Numbered from the stretch's first letter, positions 1-8,028 are shown. The stretch is DNA of 61,696 bases from a virus (IMGVR_UViG_3300035703_000096:1-61696); one strand, 5' to 3'. Program-made: numbers and translations. The notes: a model not told the origin generated them from the sequence alone.

Positions 1-35
1 TACGCTTTTGACTTGATAATGAATAAATGCCCTAA
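1..35. repeat. Terminal overlap of circular assembly (identical to 61662-61696)
   Basis: tacgcttttgacttgataatgaataaatgccctaa occurs at both ends. Confidence 0.97.
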
Positions 36-260
36 GCTTTCACGAATTTTTGCGTCCACATCCTCAATAGTCTGCTCAATTACCTTCCGCATTGCCTCAT
101 TACTGAGTTCAACCTCACGCTTGGTCTTTAGCCATTTGTCCTTGGCGCTGTTAAGCTTGCCCCAATCTACCAACCCGCCACTATTGGACGAGGTTGGTTT
201 GTTCATCTTCTCGAACTCATTCACCAATGAGTCGATGATTCTTTGCTGATTCTCTGTCAT
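1..260 (-). CDS. Hypothetical early protein, 5' part (continues across the junction to 61661..61412; 169 aa total)
   Basis: ATG at 260 (MTENQQRIIDSLVNEF...). 260+250 nt = 170 codons, ending in TGA at 61412-61414, which overlaps the next ATG. Confidence 0.8.
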   Translation of the reverse strand, partial: MTENQQRIIDSLVNEFEKMNKPTSSNSGGLVDWGKLNSAKDKWLKTKREVELSNEAMRKVIEQTIEDVDAKIRESLGHLFIIKSKA

Positions 261-264
261 ATTG

Positions 265-1092
265 TTATTTATTAAGTTGAAGTGTCTTCGAAGACACTGC
301 TCGTTTCATTTCCTTGAACGTGATGCGGTGACATCCTATCTCCACCTCAGATTTGGTAATTCCAAGTACTCGATAGTCCATCAGACTATCCCCCACTACA
401 ACCTTGCCCGCCTTGAGCAGTTCATAGAACTTGAGCCCGATGGAATGTGGTATCTCCACACCTTGAGAAGTGATGAATCGATTGGTCTCCACACGGATAT
501 AATCGTATGCATTACGGATTGACATCCTGTGTTTTTTACCGGAACGGAACAGCTTGAGCTCACGCTTGTGTTCCTTCTCTAAGCGCTCAGCCTCAGCCTT
601 TGCCGCATTTGCAATCGCCTCCTTTGCGTCAGCAGTTGACGTGACCAATAGCTTGGTCTTGATATGGTCGGGCACGTCAATCTTGAAGTGCTCACAATAC
701 GTATCAATCTGAGATCCAAAATGAGCAAGCGTATGCAGATGTGCTTCAGGCTTTCGACACGTAGTCAAAGCTTTGAGTATCCTGTCAATACGCTCATCCC
801 ACCACCTAAAATTGTCATTGTGCGTGCCACGCGGGTAAGCGCAGTATATCTTCCGCTTGTGCGACAAGGCTTGCGCTGAATAGTTCAAGTGCTTGGCCGT
901 GGTATTGCTGTAGGTCCGTGTTGTGAATAGGACAGTGTCCGCGTTCACAAATTTGGCAATGCAAAAGTGCGAGCCGTAACTGAATAACTCAGTGCCGTAG
1001 AAGTAGAACGAACCATTGGTTGTTCTTCCTTCGTATTGATTCTGAAGCGCAAATGCGTGCGCTAACTCAGAGTTGTTAAATACTTTTTTCAT
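265..1092 (-). CDS. Hypothetical early protein (275 aa)
   Basis: Long ORF in a tightly packed minus-strand operon. Confidence 0.85.
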   Translation of the reverse strand: MKKVFNNSELAHAFALQNQYEGRTTNGSFYFYGTELFSYGSHFCIAKFVNADTVLFTTRTYSNTTAKHLNYSAQALSHKRKIYCAYPRGTHNDNFRWWDERIDRILKALTTCRKPEAHLHTLAHFGSQIDTYCEHFKIDVPDHIKTKLLVTSTADAKEAIANAAKAEAERLEKEHKRELKLFRSGKKHRMSIRNAYDYIRVETNRFITSQGVEIPHSIGLKFYELLKAGKVVVGDSLMDYRVLGITKSEVEIGCHRITFKEMKRAVSSKTLQLNK

Positions 1093-1280
1093 AGTTTTGA
1101 TTTTTTAAGGAAATGATTGTACACCTCGGGGATGTGTTTTTTGTAGTAAGGTTGTTCACTTTTACACCACGCTTTCAATTCATCTTTTGAACTGAATCTT
1201 TGATACGGAAATGTTATTTCCAATTCATCAATGAAGTTTTGGGCTGTCCAACCTTCCCAAATGTGCCTGTCGTTTGCCAT
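1089..1280 (-). CDS. Hypothetical protein
   Basis: ORF MANDRHIWEGW...; its stop overlaps the next start. An alternative GTG start at 1313 lies inside the palindrome. Confidence 0.75.
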   Translation of the reverse strand: MANDRHIWEGWTAQNFIDELEITFPYQRFSSKDELKAWCKSEQPYYKKHIPEVYNHFLKKSKL

Positions 1281-1320
1281 ATTATTTTGTTTTATGAGTG
1301 TCTTCAAAGACACTCGGTTA

Positions 1321-1734
1321 TTATTTTTTACTCTCTAAAATTGCCTCACCATTACTGAACGTACCTACCTTGAGGTACTCGTCATAGAATTGGCTAATCT
1401 TTCCCCAATTCTCATCGATCCACTTCTCCACCTTCTCAATATCTTCACCTTCCACCTCATCAGTGTTCACACGAATAGACAATGAGCACACTCCGCAATA
1501 CTCAGACAGCCCTATCTCAGTGCCGTATCCGGACAAGATGATGGACGTTTCACGGCCGTCCCATTTCTGCTCATTGCCAAACTCCGGCAGTTCAGCCTTG
1601 ATGTTTTCACGTATGTCGTCCACGACAAACATGTGGTCTTCGTATTCGAATTCGCCCTCTTCAGTTTCCCATTTAGGCCAATCAAAGTAGGCAATTCTGC
1701 GTGCCCCGCGCAAGTAATCTACACTGCGTCCCAT
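1321..1734 (-). CDS. Hypothetical acidic protein
   Basis: 137-aa ORF in operon. Confidence 0.8.
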   Translation of the reverse strand: MGRSVDYLRGARRIAYFDWPKWETEEGEFEYEDHMFVVDDIRENIKAELPEFGNEQKWDGRETSIILSGYGTEIGLSEYCGVCSLSIRVNTDEVEGEDIEKVEKWIDENWGKISQFYDEYLKVGTFSNGEAILESKK

Positions 1735-1736
1735 AG

Positions 1737-1973
1737 TTATTTGGTTTTAGATGATTGTTTTATTTCAAAAATTTTATCTTCGATTATATCAAAGATGCGC
1801 TCAACTATGTAAGGATGAGTGAGCGCCTGCTTGAGTGTTTTTTGCGCTGTATCATCATCGCACTCATGCCTATCTTGCACGTCATTGATGTGCCAAAGAT
1901 TGTCCACAAAATACCCTGCCTGTTTTAACACCAATTTTGCATTGGCGATGGCGATTTCTCTTGATTGTTCCAT
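1737..1973 (-). CDS. Hypothetical protein
   Basis: 78-aa ORF, 2 nt from its neighbours. Confidence 0.75.
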   Translation of the reverse strand: MEQSREIAIANAKLVLKQAGYFVDNLWHINDVQDRHECDDDTAQKTLKQALTHPYIVERIFDIIEDKIFEIKQSSKTK

Positions 1974-1975
1974 TT

Positions 1976-2164
1976 CTATTTGGTTTTAGTAGTGTCTTCA
2001 AAGACACTCGGTGATACATAAATTATCTCTCCTTCAATTGCGTCAATCTTCAACTCAAAAGGACGTTCATCCTCCGACATATTGAACACCACAATTTTGG
2101 GCTCCGCATTTTGGCAAGCCGTGAGCATCCCGCACACGACTGCAATAAGAATTGTTCTTACCAT
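1976..2164 (-). CDS. Small putative lipoprotein
   Basis: Hydrophobic N-terminus with lipobox-like LTAC. Confidence 0.65.
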   Translation of the reverse strand: MVRTILIAVVCGMLTACQNAEPKIVVFNMSEDERPFELKIDAIEGEIIYVSPSVFEDTTKTK

Positions 2165-2301
2165 TGGTTATGTTTTAAGTAGCATTTACTTGGTTTAGCA
2201 TTGGCACTGCGCTTGTGATGCGCCTTGTAATTGTAGCCACGTTGAGTAGCGCAAGCCGTGAACAATAACGCCACGACAAAAAGTAGAATCAGCTTTCTCA
2301 T
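2158..2301 (-). CDS. Small putative lipoprotein (47 aa, not in ORF track)
   Basis: MRKLILLFVVALLFTACATQRGY...; lipobox FTAC; overlaps both neighbours. Confidence 0.65.
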   Translation of the reverse strand: MRKLILLFVVALLFTACATQRGYNYKAHHKRSANAKPSKCYLKHNQW

Positions 2302-2483
2302 TTTCTTCCGTTTTTAGTGTCTTCAAAGACACAAATTAGTGATGCAATTGTTAGCAGTGATGAGAAGAACCCAACAAAGTTGGCAAAGTTCTGTTCCTGC
2401 TGAGTTGTGGAAAAGATTCCAATTACCAAGCACAGGGCTTGGAAAGTCACGCCCATTGTGAGCGCCATTAAACTTACTTTCAT
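2298..2483 (-). CDS. Small membrane protein (2 TM)
   Basis: Two hydrophobic stretches; first gene after the leftward promoters. Confidence 0.65.
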   Translation of the reverse strand: MKVSLMALTMGVTFQALCLVIGIFSTTQQEQNFANFVGFFSSLLTIASLICVFEDTKNGRK

Positions 2484-2582
2484 ATTATTTATTTTTAGTT
2501 GGTTTCAAAACATTAGTGTCTTCAAAGACACTCAGTAACATTGTGCTGATGTGAATTGAACGCTGTATCGACATCAACAGTG

Positions 2583-2614
2583 CAAATATACGGCATAACT
2601 TCCACATACACAAG
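2583..2614 (-). promoter_or_regulatory. Bacteroidota sigma70-type leftward early promoter
   Basis: TATATTTG (-7 element) at 2590-2583 with TTG (-33) 20 nt upstream. Confidence 0.75.
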
Positions 2615-2754
2615 CTTTTAGCTATCTAATTAGTTTCAGTTGAAAACTCCGCGCCGTGTACATTCACCGCTTTCCGTTTAGTGTCTTCAAAGACACTTTC
2701 ACTTTGTCGCGCGCCGTTCACAATGATTTGAACGATGTATCGACATCAGTGGAA

Positions 2755-2786
2755 CAAATATACTACTTTTATTTCACTCCCGCAAG
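2755..2786 (-). promoter_or_regulatory. Second, duplicated leftward early promoter
   Basis: TATATTTG at 2762-2755, TTG 20 nt upstream; flanks homologous to the 2583 promoter. Confidence 0.75.
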
Positions 2787-3159
2787 CAAATGGCTTGCTA
2801 ATTAGTTCCCAATTGGTACAGCCGCGCGCCGTGTCCGTGTTCCGTGTGCAATATTCCACACGTGTAAGCGCCATTGTCCACACGTGTAAGCGCGTGCCGT
2901 GTACATTCACCGCGTGCCGTGTTTAGTATTGGAGCGGGGCAATTTCAGCGGGGCAAAGTGTCGTTAAAGACACTATGTAAGCGGGGCAATTTACGCGGGG
3001 CAATATTGCCAGGGATATGGCTTGAAATAAGCCGTTTTAAGCCGCTTTTAGGGCTTAAGATATACCTACATATCAAAGAAGGTTCAAAAGTCGTTTATAG
3101 GCCGTCTAATTGCGTCTAATTAGGGGCGCGCTTTGTTGTGCACCGGTGAAAATATAGGG

Positions 3160-3190
3160 CAAAAAAATAGCCCCGCTTTCGCGGGGCTAT
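3160..3190 (-). terminator. Intrinsic terminator after 3212..3976
   Basis: atagccccgc-tttc-gcggggctat hairpin with an A-run on the left (U-tract on - strand). Confidence 0.8.
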
Positions 3191-3211
3191 CTTTGGCGCG
3201 GGGCGCGGGGT

Positions 3212-3976
3212 TTATATCACGTCTTCAAAGGTCACGTCTTCAAAGGTCAAACCATCGGCAACGGCCTTCAAAATTTCAGCTTTGCGGGGCTTTGGCGCTT
3301 TGGCCGTTGACGGCTTGGGCGCTACTTTGTTTTTTGCTTTGGCTTTGGTCACCTTTGGCGCTTTGGGGCTTAAGCCCGCACCCGCTACGGCTTGCGCAAG
3401 ATAATCAAGCGCCGCGGCGATTGCGTCGGGGCTTGCTTTTGTTATCAATTCGCCGTTATCGTTTATGCGAAGCGCGACCGCTTCAAGACCATCTACTTTG
3501 AACGCCAAAGTTACGACGGCTTGCGCTTTGGCTTGCACTTCTTTGGCGCTTGCTTCGCCCGCTTCGCCATCTTCGCCCGCTTCGCTTTGCGTCTCTAACT
3601 TCGCTTCGCTTGCATACTTCAATAGCGCTTCAATAGATAGGGGCGCGCTCAAATCTTTGGCCTTTAAGGCCTCAGTTTGCTTGCGAAATTCGCTTAACAC
3701 GTCCGCGGGTACATTTGCGGCCTTTACCAATTTGTAGTAAAACGATTTTTGGAAACCGTACACGTCCAATATAAACGCGTCCATGCCAAGCCCCGAAGAT
3801 TTTAGAAGCGCTTGGCCCTCAGCGTCTTTTATCCATTGGTGCGCCTTGCCTATTAGCTCAGCAAGATGGAGCGAATTTTCAAAGCGCTTTACATCGCTTG
3901 ATTGGATAGCGTTTTTAATCGTTTGCACCTTTACAATGTTTAAGGCGCTTTTTTGTTGGTTTGTCATGTTTACCAT
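3212..3976 (-). CDS. Putative DNA-binding protein (DUF3102/HTH-like N-domain, Lys/Ala/Pro-rich tail)
   Basis: LAELIGKAH...DAFILDVYGFQKSFYYKLVKAA resembles the DUF3102-type pattern; H1-like PKAPKVTKAKAK tail; has its own promoter and terminator. Confidence 0.6.
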   Translation of the reverse strand: MVNMTNQQKSALNIVKVQTIKNAIQSSDVKRFENSLHLAELIGKAHQWIKDAEGQALLKSSGLGMDAFILDVYGFQKSFYYKLVKAANVPADVLSEFRKQTEALKAKDLSAPLSIEALLKYASEAKLETQSEAGEDGEAGEASAKEVQAKAQAVVTLAFKVDGLEAVALRINDNGELITKASPDAIAAALDYLAQAVAGAGLSPKAPKVTKAKAKNKVAPKPSTAKAPKPRKAEILKAVADGLTFEDVTFEDVI

Positions 3977-4042
3977 GATGTTAAGATATTATTTTGTTTG
4001 CAATACCTAAAACAGCTTCGTGCTGTTCCTTCGTTGCGTTTG

Positions 4043-4075
4043 CAATATTACGTTCAATTTTAGTTTAATTCCAAA
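4043..4075 (-). promoter_or_regulatory. Putative promoter of 3212..3976
   Basis: TAATATTG (-7 variant) at 4050-4043 with TTTG 21 nt upstream. Confidence 0.55.
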
Positions 4076-4218
4076 TTTATTTTCGAGAATCTCACTTTTG
4101 CCAATGTTTATTGGGGTTACAGAAGGTTCATATAACGTCGATAAATTTAGTTTTTTGGGCTTTGAGACGGGTTTAATAGCGGGGCTTATTGTGTCTTCAA
4201 AGACACTTTTACCCCTAC

Positions 4219-4268
4219 TTTTGTTGTCATAAAGTACAATATTTTTGTTGTCATAAAGTACAATATTT
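4219..4268 (+). repeat. Tandem ~25-bp direct repeat (ttttgttgtcataaagtacaatat x2)
   Basis: Read directly. Confidence 0.9.
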
Positions 4269-4591
4269 GCGGGGCTGAAACGCTGGCTTTTGTGTGATCA
4301 TTGGCGCGGATTAAATTTGTTTCACGGCTTGTTTCACGGGCACGCGATGACAGGACGCAAGGACGAACGAACGAACGAACGGACGCGGGGCAAATATGCG
4401 GGGCAATGGTGCACGATGTCGGGGCGCGGTGCGGGGCTATGGTGCGGGGCTTTGCCCTATGGCAAAAGGTCAAAAAATCGGCGCGGGGCTTTGGAAACGT
4501 ACCCCCACCCCCTTGAAAAAAAGTCACTTTCGGCGCGGGCCCGGCTTGCGTGAGGCGGTATATAACCCCAACACTACTACCATCTAATTCG

Positions 4592-4599
4592 TATATTTG
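4592..4599 (+). promoter_or_regulatory. Rightward promoter -7 element TATATTTG
   Basis: Bacteroidota consensus; ATG 4 nt downstream. Confidence 0.65.
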
Positions 4600-4603
4600 C
4601 CTC

Positions 4604-4816
4604 ATGATATACAAAACCATAAAAAGCTCTTGCATGGACGGGTTACCTGTTCGTGATGGGCGCCTAATGAACGATCGTCCTGATTCGGTCATGGGTATTA
4701 CTGCTGCCGCTATTGCTCGTAAGGAGATGAAGCGGGAGAGAAAGATTCAGATGTACTCTGAGGCTTTTGAGCGTGGTGAGATGATGGCTGACATGAAGAA
4801 AACCTTTATGTTATGA
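4604..4816 (+). CDS. Hypothetical protein
   Basis: ORF MIYKTIKSS... immediately after promoter. Confidence 0.65.
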   Translation: MIYKTIKSSCMDGLPVRDGRLMNDRPDSVMGITAAAIARKEMKRERKIQMYSEAFERGEMMADMKKTFML

Positions 4817-4980
4817 GCAAGGACCAATTGCTTGGCGTCATCCGTCACACCCTAACCTTTCTTGGAGGTATCGCTATGGCGAAAGGGATCATTGATGAGG
4901 GATCGGCATCTGAAATTGTAGGTGGTCTTATGTCACTTGCCGGTGTTGTTTGGTCTTTTCTTGACAAAGAGAAGATTTGA
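4813..4980 (+). CDS. Small 2-TM holin-like protein (Pam3-gp28-like), 55 aa
   Basis: MSKDQLLGVIRHTLTFLGG...GVVWSFLDK pattern; ATGA overlap. Confidence 0.6.
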   Translation: MSKDQLLGVIRHTLTFLGGIAMAKGIIDEGSASEIVGGLMSLAGVVWSFLDKEKI

Positions 4981-4993
4981 ATTGAACCATCTT

Positions 4994-5025
4994 AAAAGGG
5001 GGATTTAGCGATCCCTCTTTTTTTA
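4994..5025 (+). terminator. Intrinsic terminator
   Basis: aaaagggggat-ttagcg-atccctcttttttt. Confidence 0.75.
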
Positions 5026-5248
5026 TGTACTTTTCCGACATTGAAATGTTTCTAATTATGTAACTTAACTTATTGATTATTAATTTACTGTCGATTATGT
5101 CAATTTAAAAAGTAAAATGTATTAATAAATAATAAGAAAGAAAGGGGGATATATATATAAATAAGGGGGGGCCTTCTCTCGACATTTGACACAGCAATTT
5201 ATCAATTAAACATTTATTAGACACTCAATAAACACTCGTATTTTTTTC

Positions 5249-5279
5249 TTGCTTCAACATCAAATATTCATTACATTTG
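5249..5279 (+). promoter_or_regulatory. groEL promoter
   Basis: TTG-N20-TACATTTG. Confidence 0.7.
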
Positions 5280-5297
5280 CCTAAATATTTTAATCAA

Positions 5298-6914
5298 ATG
5301 ATACCAAATCAACAATCTTACTCGCCAAAAGACTTATTCTTTGGTGACACAGGTCGGCGTAAACTCGTCACCGGCGTTCAAAAAATGGCACGAGCTGTCA
5401 AATCAACCTTAGGTCCCGGTGGTAACACTGTGGTCTTAGAGTCATTAAACCACACACACGGCCTGACGGTCACTAAGGATGGTGTAACAGTGGCTAAGTC
5501 CATTGAGCTACTTGATCCGGTGGAGAACCTTGCGGTTCGAATGATGAAGGAAGCGGCGGACAGGACTGCTACCGCAGCAGGAGACGGTACTACTACGGCG
5601 ATTGTGTTGACTGAGGCTTTGGTTATGTCAGGTCTTGAGTACATTACTGACGGTGTCAACCGCACTGAGGTGCTGAGACACTTGGTGGACATGACAGGTA
5701 GTGTGGTGGACAACCTTAAGAAGCGTTCAAAGAAGCTGACAAGTTCAATGCTTCTTGACGTGGCTACCATATCAGCCAATAATGACCGGGCGGTTGGGTC
5801 AATCATCTCAAACGTCTACAAGTCTGTTGGCAAAAACGGCATTGTCACTGTTGAGCGGTCTCAAACTGCTGACACGTATTCTGAGACAACACTTGGTCTT
5901 AAGTTTGACAGAGGGTATTTGTCACCACTGTTCATCAATGACCAAAAAAAGGACGAGTGTGTGTATGAGGACGTGATGGTCATGGTGGCTGACATTGAGA
6001 TAAGCAATATCTTGCAGATTGAGAACGTGCTGAAGCCAATCATTAGTGAGGGGAAGAAGCTACTCATCATCTCTCCATGTGGAGTGAATGTTGTAAATAC
6101 CCTTGCGGCCAATGTGATGAAGGGTAACTTAAAGATTTGTGCGGTGCAGCCACCCAATTTCGGATACAAGCAGCATGAGCTGATGCAAGACATTGCCATT
6201 AGCGTGGGTGCAACTTACTTCAGCGAGAAGACAGGTGATGACCTGAGCCTAATTAACTACAGTGACCTTGGACATGCGAAGAAAATCATCGTGTCAAGCG
6301 ACAGTACCATCATCATCAAGTCTGACGAGCGGTCAAACAAAGAGGCGATCGCTGAGAGAGTTGAGCAGTTGTGGGCGTCACATGCCTCAGCTACCAAGAA
6401 GGGTGACAAAGACCATATCTTGGAGCGTATTGCCTCGCTTACAGGTGGCATTGGTGTGATCTACGTGGGTGGTAATACTGACCTTGAGCAGAAAGAGCTG
6501 TATGACCGTGTGGATGACGCGGTGTGTGCCGTTCGTTCAGCGCTTGAGGAGGGGATTTTACCCGGAGCAGGTAGAGCACTTGACGAAGAAGCTGACAAAT
6601 TGGTGTCTGAGCCGGGTAATGAGGCTCAGCATATTGCTGTGAAAATGTTAAAGGACGCGCTTCAGGCTCCAATGTCACAGATACTTCAGAATGCGGGTAT
6701 GTGCGTGACCAATGTGTACAATGGGCGTGAGGCTTCCGGTGAGGGATTGAACTTAAAGACCGGACAGAAGGGTGACCTGATTGAGATGGGTGTGATTGAC
6801 CCGCTGAAGGTGACGAGAAGTGCGCTTGAGAACGCTGTGAGCGTAGCATCAACCATCATGAGCACAAATGCTGTGATCACAATGGCGAGAAGTTATGAGA
6901 CAGCAAGCGAGTAA
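5298..6914 (+). CDS. groEL: Chaperonin GroEL
   Basis: TLGPGG, VTKDGVTVAK, AGDGTTTA, FDRGYLSP, GVIDPLKVTRSALENA motifs. Confidence 0.97.
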   Translation: MIPNQQSYSPKDLFFGDTGRRKLVTGVQKMARAVKSTLGPGGNTVVLESLNHTHGLTVTKDGVTVAKSIELLDPVENLAVRMMKEAADRTATAAGDGTTTAIVLTEALVMSGLEYITDGVNRTEVLRHLVDMTGSVVDNLKKRSKKLTSSMLLDVATISANNDRAVGSIISNVYKSVGKNGIVTVERSQTADTYSETTLGLKFDRGYLSPLFINDQKKDECVYEDVMVMVADIEISNILQIENVLKPIISEGKKLLIISPCGVNVVNTLAANVMKGNLKICAVQPPNFGYKQHELMQDIAISVGATYFSEKTGDDLSLINYSDLGHAKKIIVSSDSTIIIKSDERSNKEAIAERVEQLWASHASATKKGDKDHILERIASLTGGIGVIYVGGNTDLEQKELYDRVDDAVCAVRSALEEGILPGAGRALDEEADKLVSEPGNEAQHIAVKMLKDALQAPMSQILQNAGMCVTNVYNGREASGEGLNLKTGQKGDLIEMGVIDPLKVTRSALENAVSVASTIMSTNAVITMARSYETASE

Positions 6915-6915
6915 C

Positions 6916-7308
6916 ATGGTCATCGTAAAAGTATTGGCTGCCATATTCCTGATCGGAGTGGCAGTCATACTTTTTCAGCAGACATATTTTGAGGACAGAC
7001 TCGCTAAGGCCACACGCGAGAACAAAGTGTTGGCAATGTCAAATTTAAAAAACAACAAAATGATCGATAAAATAATTGAGCAGTTTCCTGATGAAGAGAT
7101 ATTAATTGCTGACGGGTTTGACGAGGCCATTATCGGGATCGATACTGTGTCAATGCGACTAATCTATTCAGTGACCAAATGCATTTCAATCCTGTGCCTT
7201 GACGATGAGATGGAGATTGACGATGCCATTGAGCACTTTGAGTACAACGTAAGAGGAAGCTATGTGGGTGAGAAGACACCCATATGGTGTGATGAACTAA
7301 ACTTTTAA
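6916..7308 (+). CDS. Hypothetical protein (N-terminal TM plus ADGFDEAIIG domain)
   Basis: ORF between groEL and groES; may also start internally at 7060. Confidence 0.7.
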   Translation: MVIVKVLAAIFLIGVAVILFQQTYFEDRLAKATRENKVLAMSNLKNNKMIDKIIEQFPDEEILIADGFDEAIIGIDTVSMRLIYSVTKCISILCLDDEMEIDDAIEHFEYNVRGSYVGEKTPIWCDELNF

Positions 7309-7311
7309 GAT

Positions 7312-7569
7312 ATGAAACCAATAGGTAAATACATTATTGCTGTCATCACCGAGGGTGAGACAAAGACTGACTCGGGTTTGATACTATCAGGCAAGGACAT
7401 GGACCAATTCAGATACCGCCGTGCAGTGGTGGTTGAGTCCGGCACTGACGTAGCCCACATTAAAAAGGGTGACAAGATTTATTTCGACAAGGTGCAGAGC
7501 TTTACGATGATCATCAAAGACACGCAGTACACTATTCTTCGGGAGTCTGATGTCGTTGTTGTCGAATAG
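7312..7569 (+). CDS. groES: Co-chaperonin GroES
   Basis: MKPIG, KTDSGLIL mobile loop, IKKGDKIYF, ILRESDV. Confidence 0.9.
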   Translation: MKPIGKYIIAVITEGETKTDSGLILSGKDMDQFRYRRAVVVESGTDVAHIKKGDKIYFDKVQSFTMIIKDTQYTILRESDVVVVE

Positions 7570-7981
7570 TCTCGTTCATCTGCTTGATCATGTTGCGATA
7601 GACCTTATCGCTGTACTTGACATTCTTCTTGAACATTGGGTTGAATGACAAGCTTGTAGGGATCTCTTCTCCATTCAGTTTTCTGTACATGGAGGAGAGC
7701 ATCCTTTTACATTTTAGGCTTAGTGTGTAAATCACCTTCACTCTTCCCGGGGCTGACTCCCTGAAAGTCTCGATCCATCCTTCCCGGATCATCTTCCACA
7801 ATCTGTACTTATCCCATGGTAGCAGTTCATTGAACTCCTCAAATTTTGACGTGTCAAAATACCCTTCTGACTTGAGGAACAGTAGCATATCAAGTTCAGC
7901 ATGGGTGAGCTTATACTTGGCGCAGGTGTAATATCGGATGACTCTCCAATATTTTAGATAATCGTTTGAGTTATTTTCCAT
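7532..7981 (-). CDS. Hypothetical protein, possible winged-helix regulator
   Basis: 149-aa ORF, KYKLTHAELDMLLFL...GWIE...IYTLS (MarR-like pattern); divergent from the 7996 promoter. Confidence 0.6.
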   Translation of the reverse strand: MENNSNDYLKYWRVIRYYTCAKYKLTHAELDMLLFLKSEGYFDTSKFEEFNELLPWDKYRLWKMIREGWIETFRESAPGRVKVIYTLSLKCKRMLSSMYRKLNGEEIPTSLSFNPMFKKNVKYSDKVYRNMIKQMNETIRQQRHQTPEE

Positions 7982-7995
7982 TTAAAAAATTTGAT

Positions 7996-8003
7996 TACAT
8001 TTG
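7996..8003 (+). promoter_or_regulatory. Promoter -7 element TACATTTG
   Basis: Consensus match upstream of 8029. Confidence 0.6.
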
Positions 8004-8028
8004 TACAAAAGTAAAAAATAAAAAAGTT

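Larger units (their letters stand above)
282..4206. repeat. Cluster of 16-bp palindromes GTGTCTTYRAAGACAC (cores at 282, 1298, 1992, 2317, 2516, 2681, 2958 [1 mismatch], 4191)
   Basis: Read directly from the sequence; most copies extend to AGTGTCTTCRAAGACACT. Confidence 0.97.
2934..4489 (+). repeat. Polar GCGGGGC heptamer repeats (about 14 copies on the + strand)
   Basis: Copies at 2934, 2948, 2981, 2995, 3181, 3198, 3284, 4179, 4269, 4385, 4398, 4431, 4444, 4483. Confidence 0.9.

Noticed and set aside
1-35. 35-bp end repeat as a biological terminal repeat
   Set aside because: It falls inside an ORF that reads through the junction, so it is most likely an assembly overlap
282-4206. Palindrome cluster as a CRISPR array
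   Set aside because: Spacing is irregular (165 bp to over 1 kb), the repeat is only 16-18 bp, intact genes lie between and across copies, and no cas genes are present
4317-4339. TGTTTCAC repeats as a host-type parS
   Set aside because: Only half-sites in direct orientation, not the TGTTTCACGTGAAACA palindrome
4186-4692. ORFs 4186..4692(-), 4290..4553(+), 4301..4516(+), 4396..4587(+)
   Set aside because: They are translations of GC-rich repeats in the non-coding island, with no protein-like features
5378-6880. Antisense and alternate-frame ORFs over groEL and other long genes
   Set aside because: Shadow ORFs of real genes with no recognisable motifs
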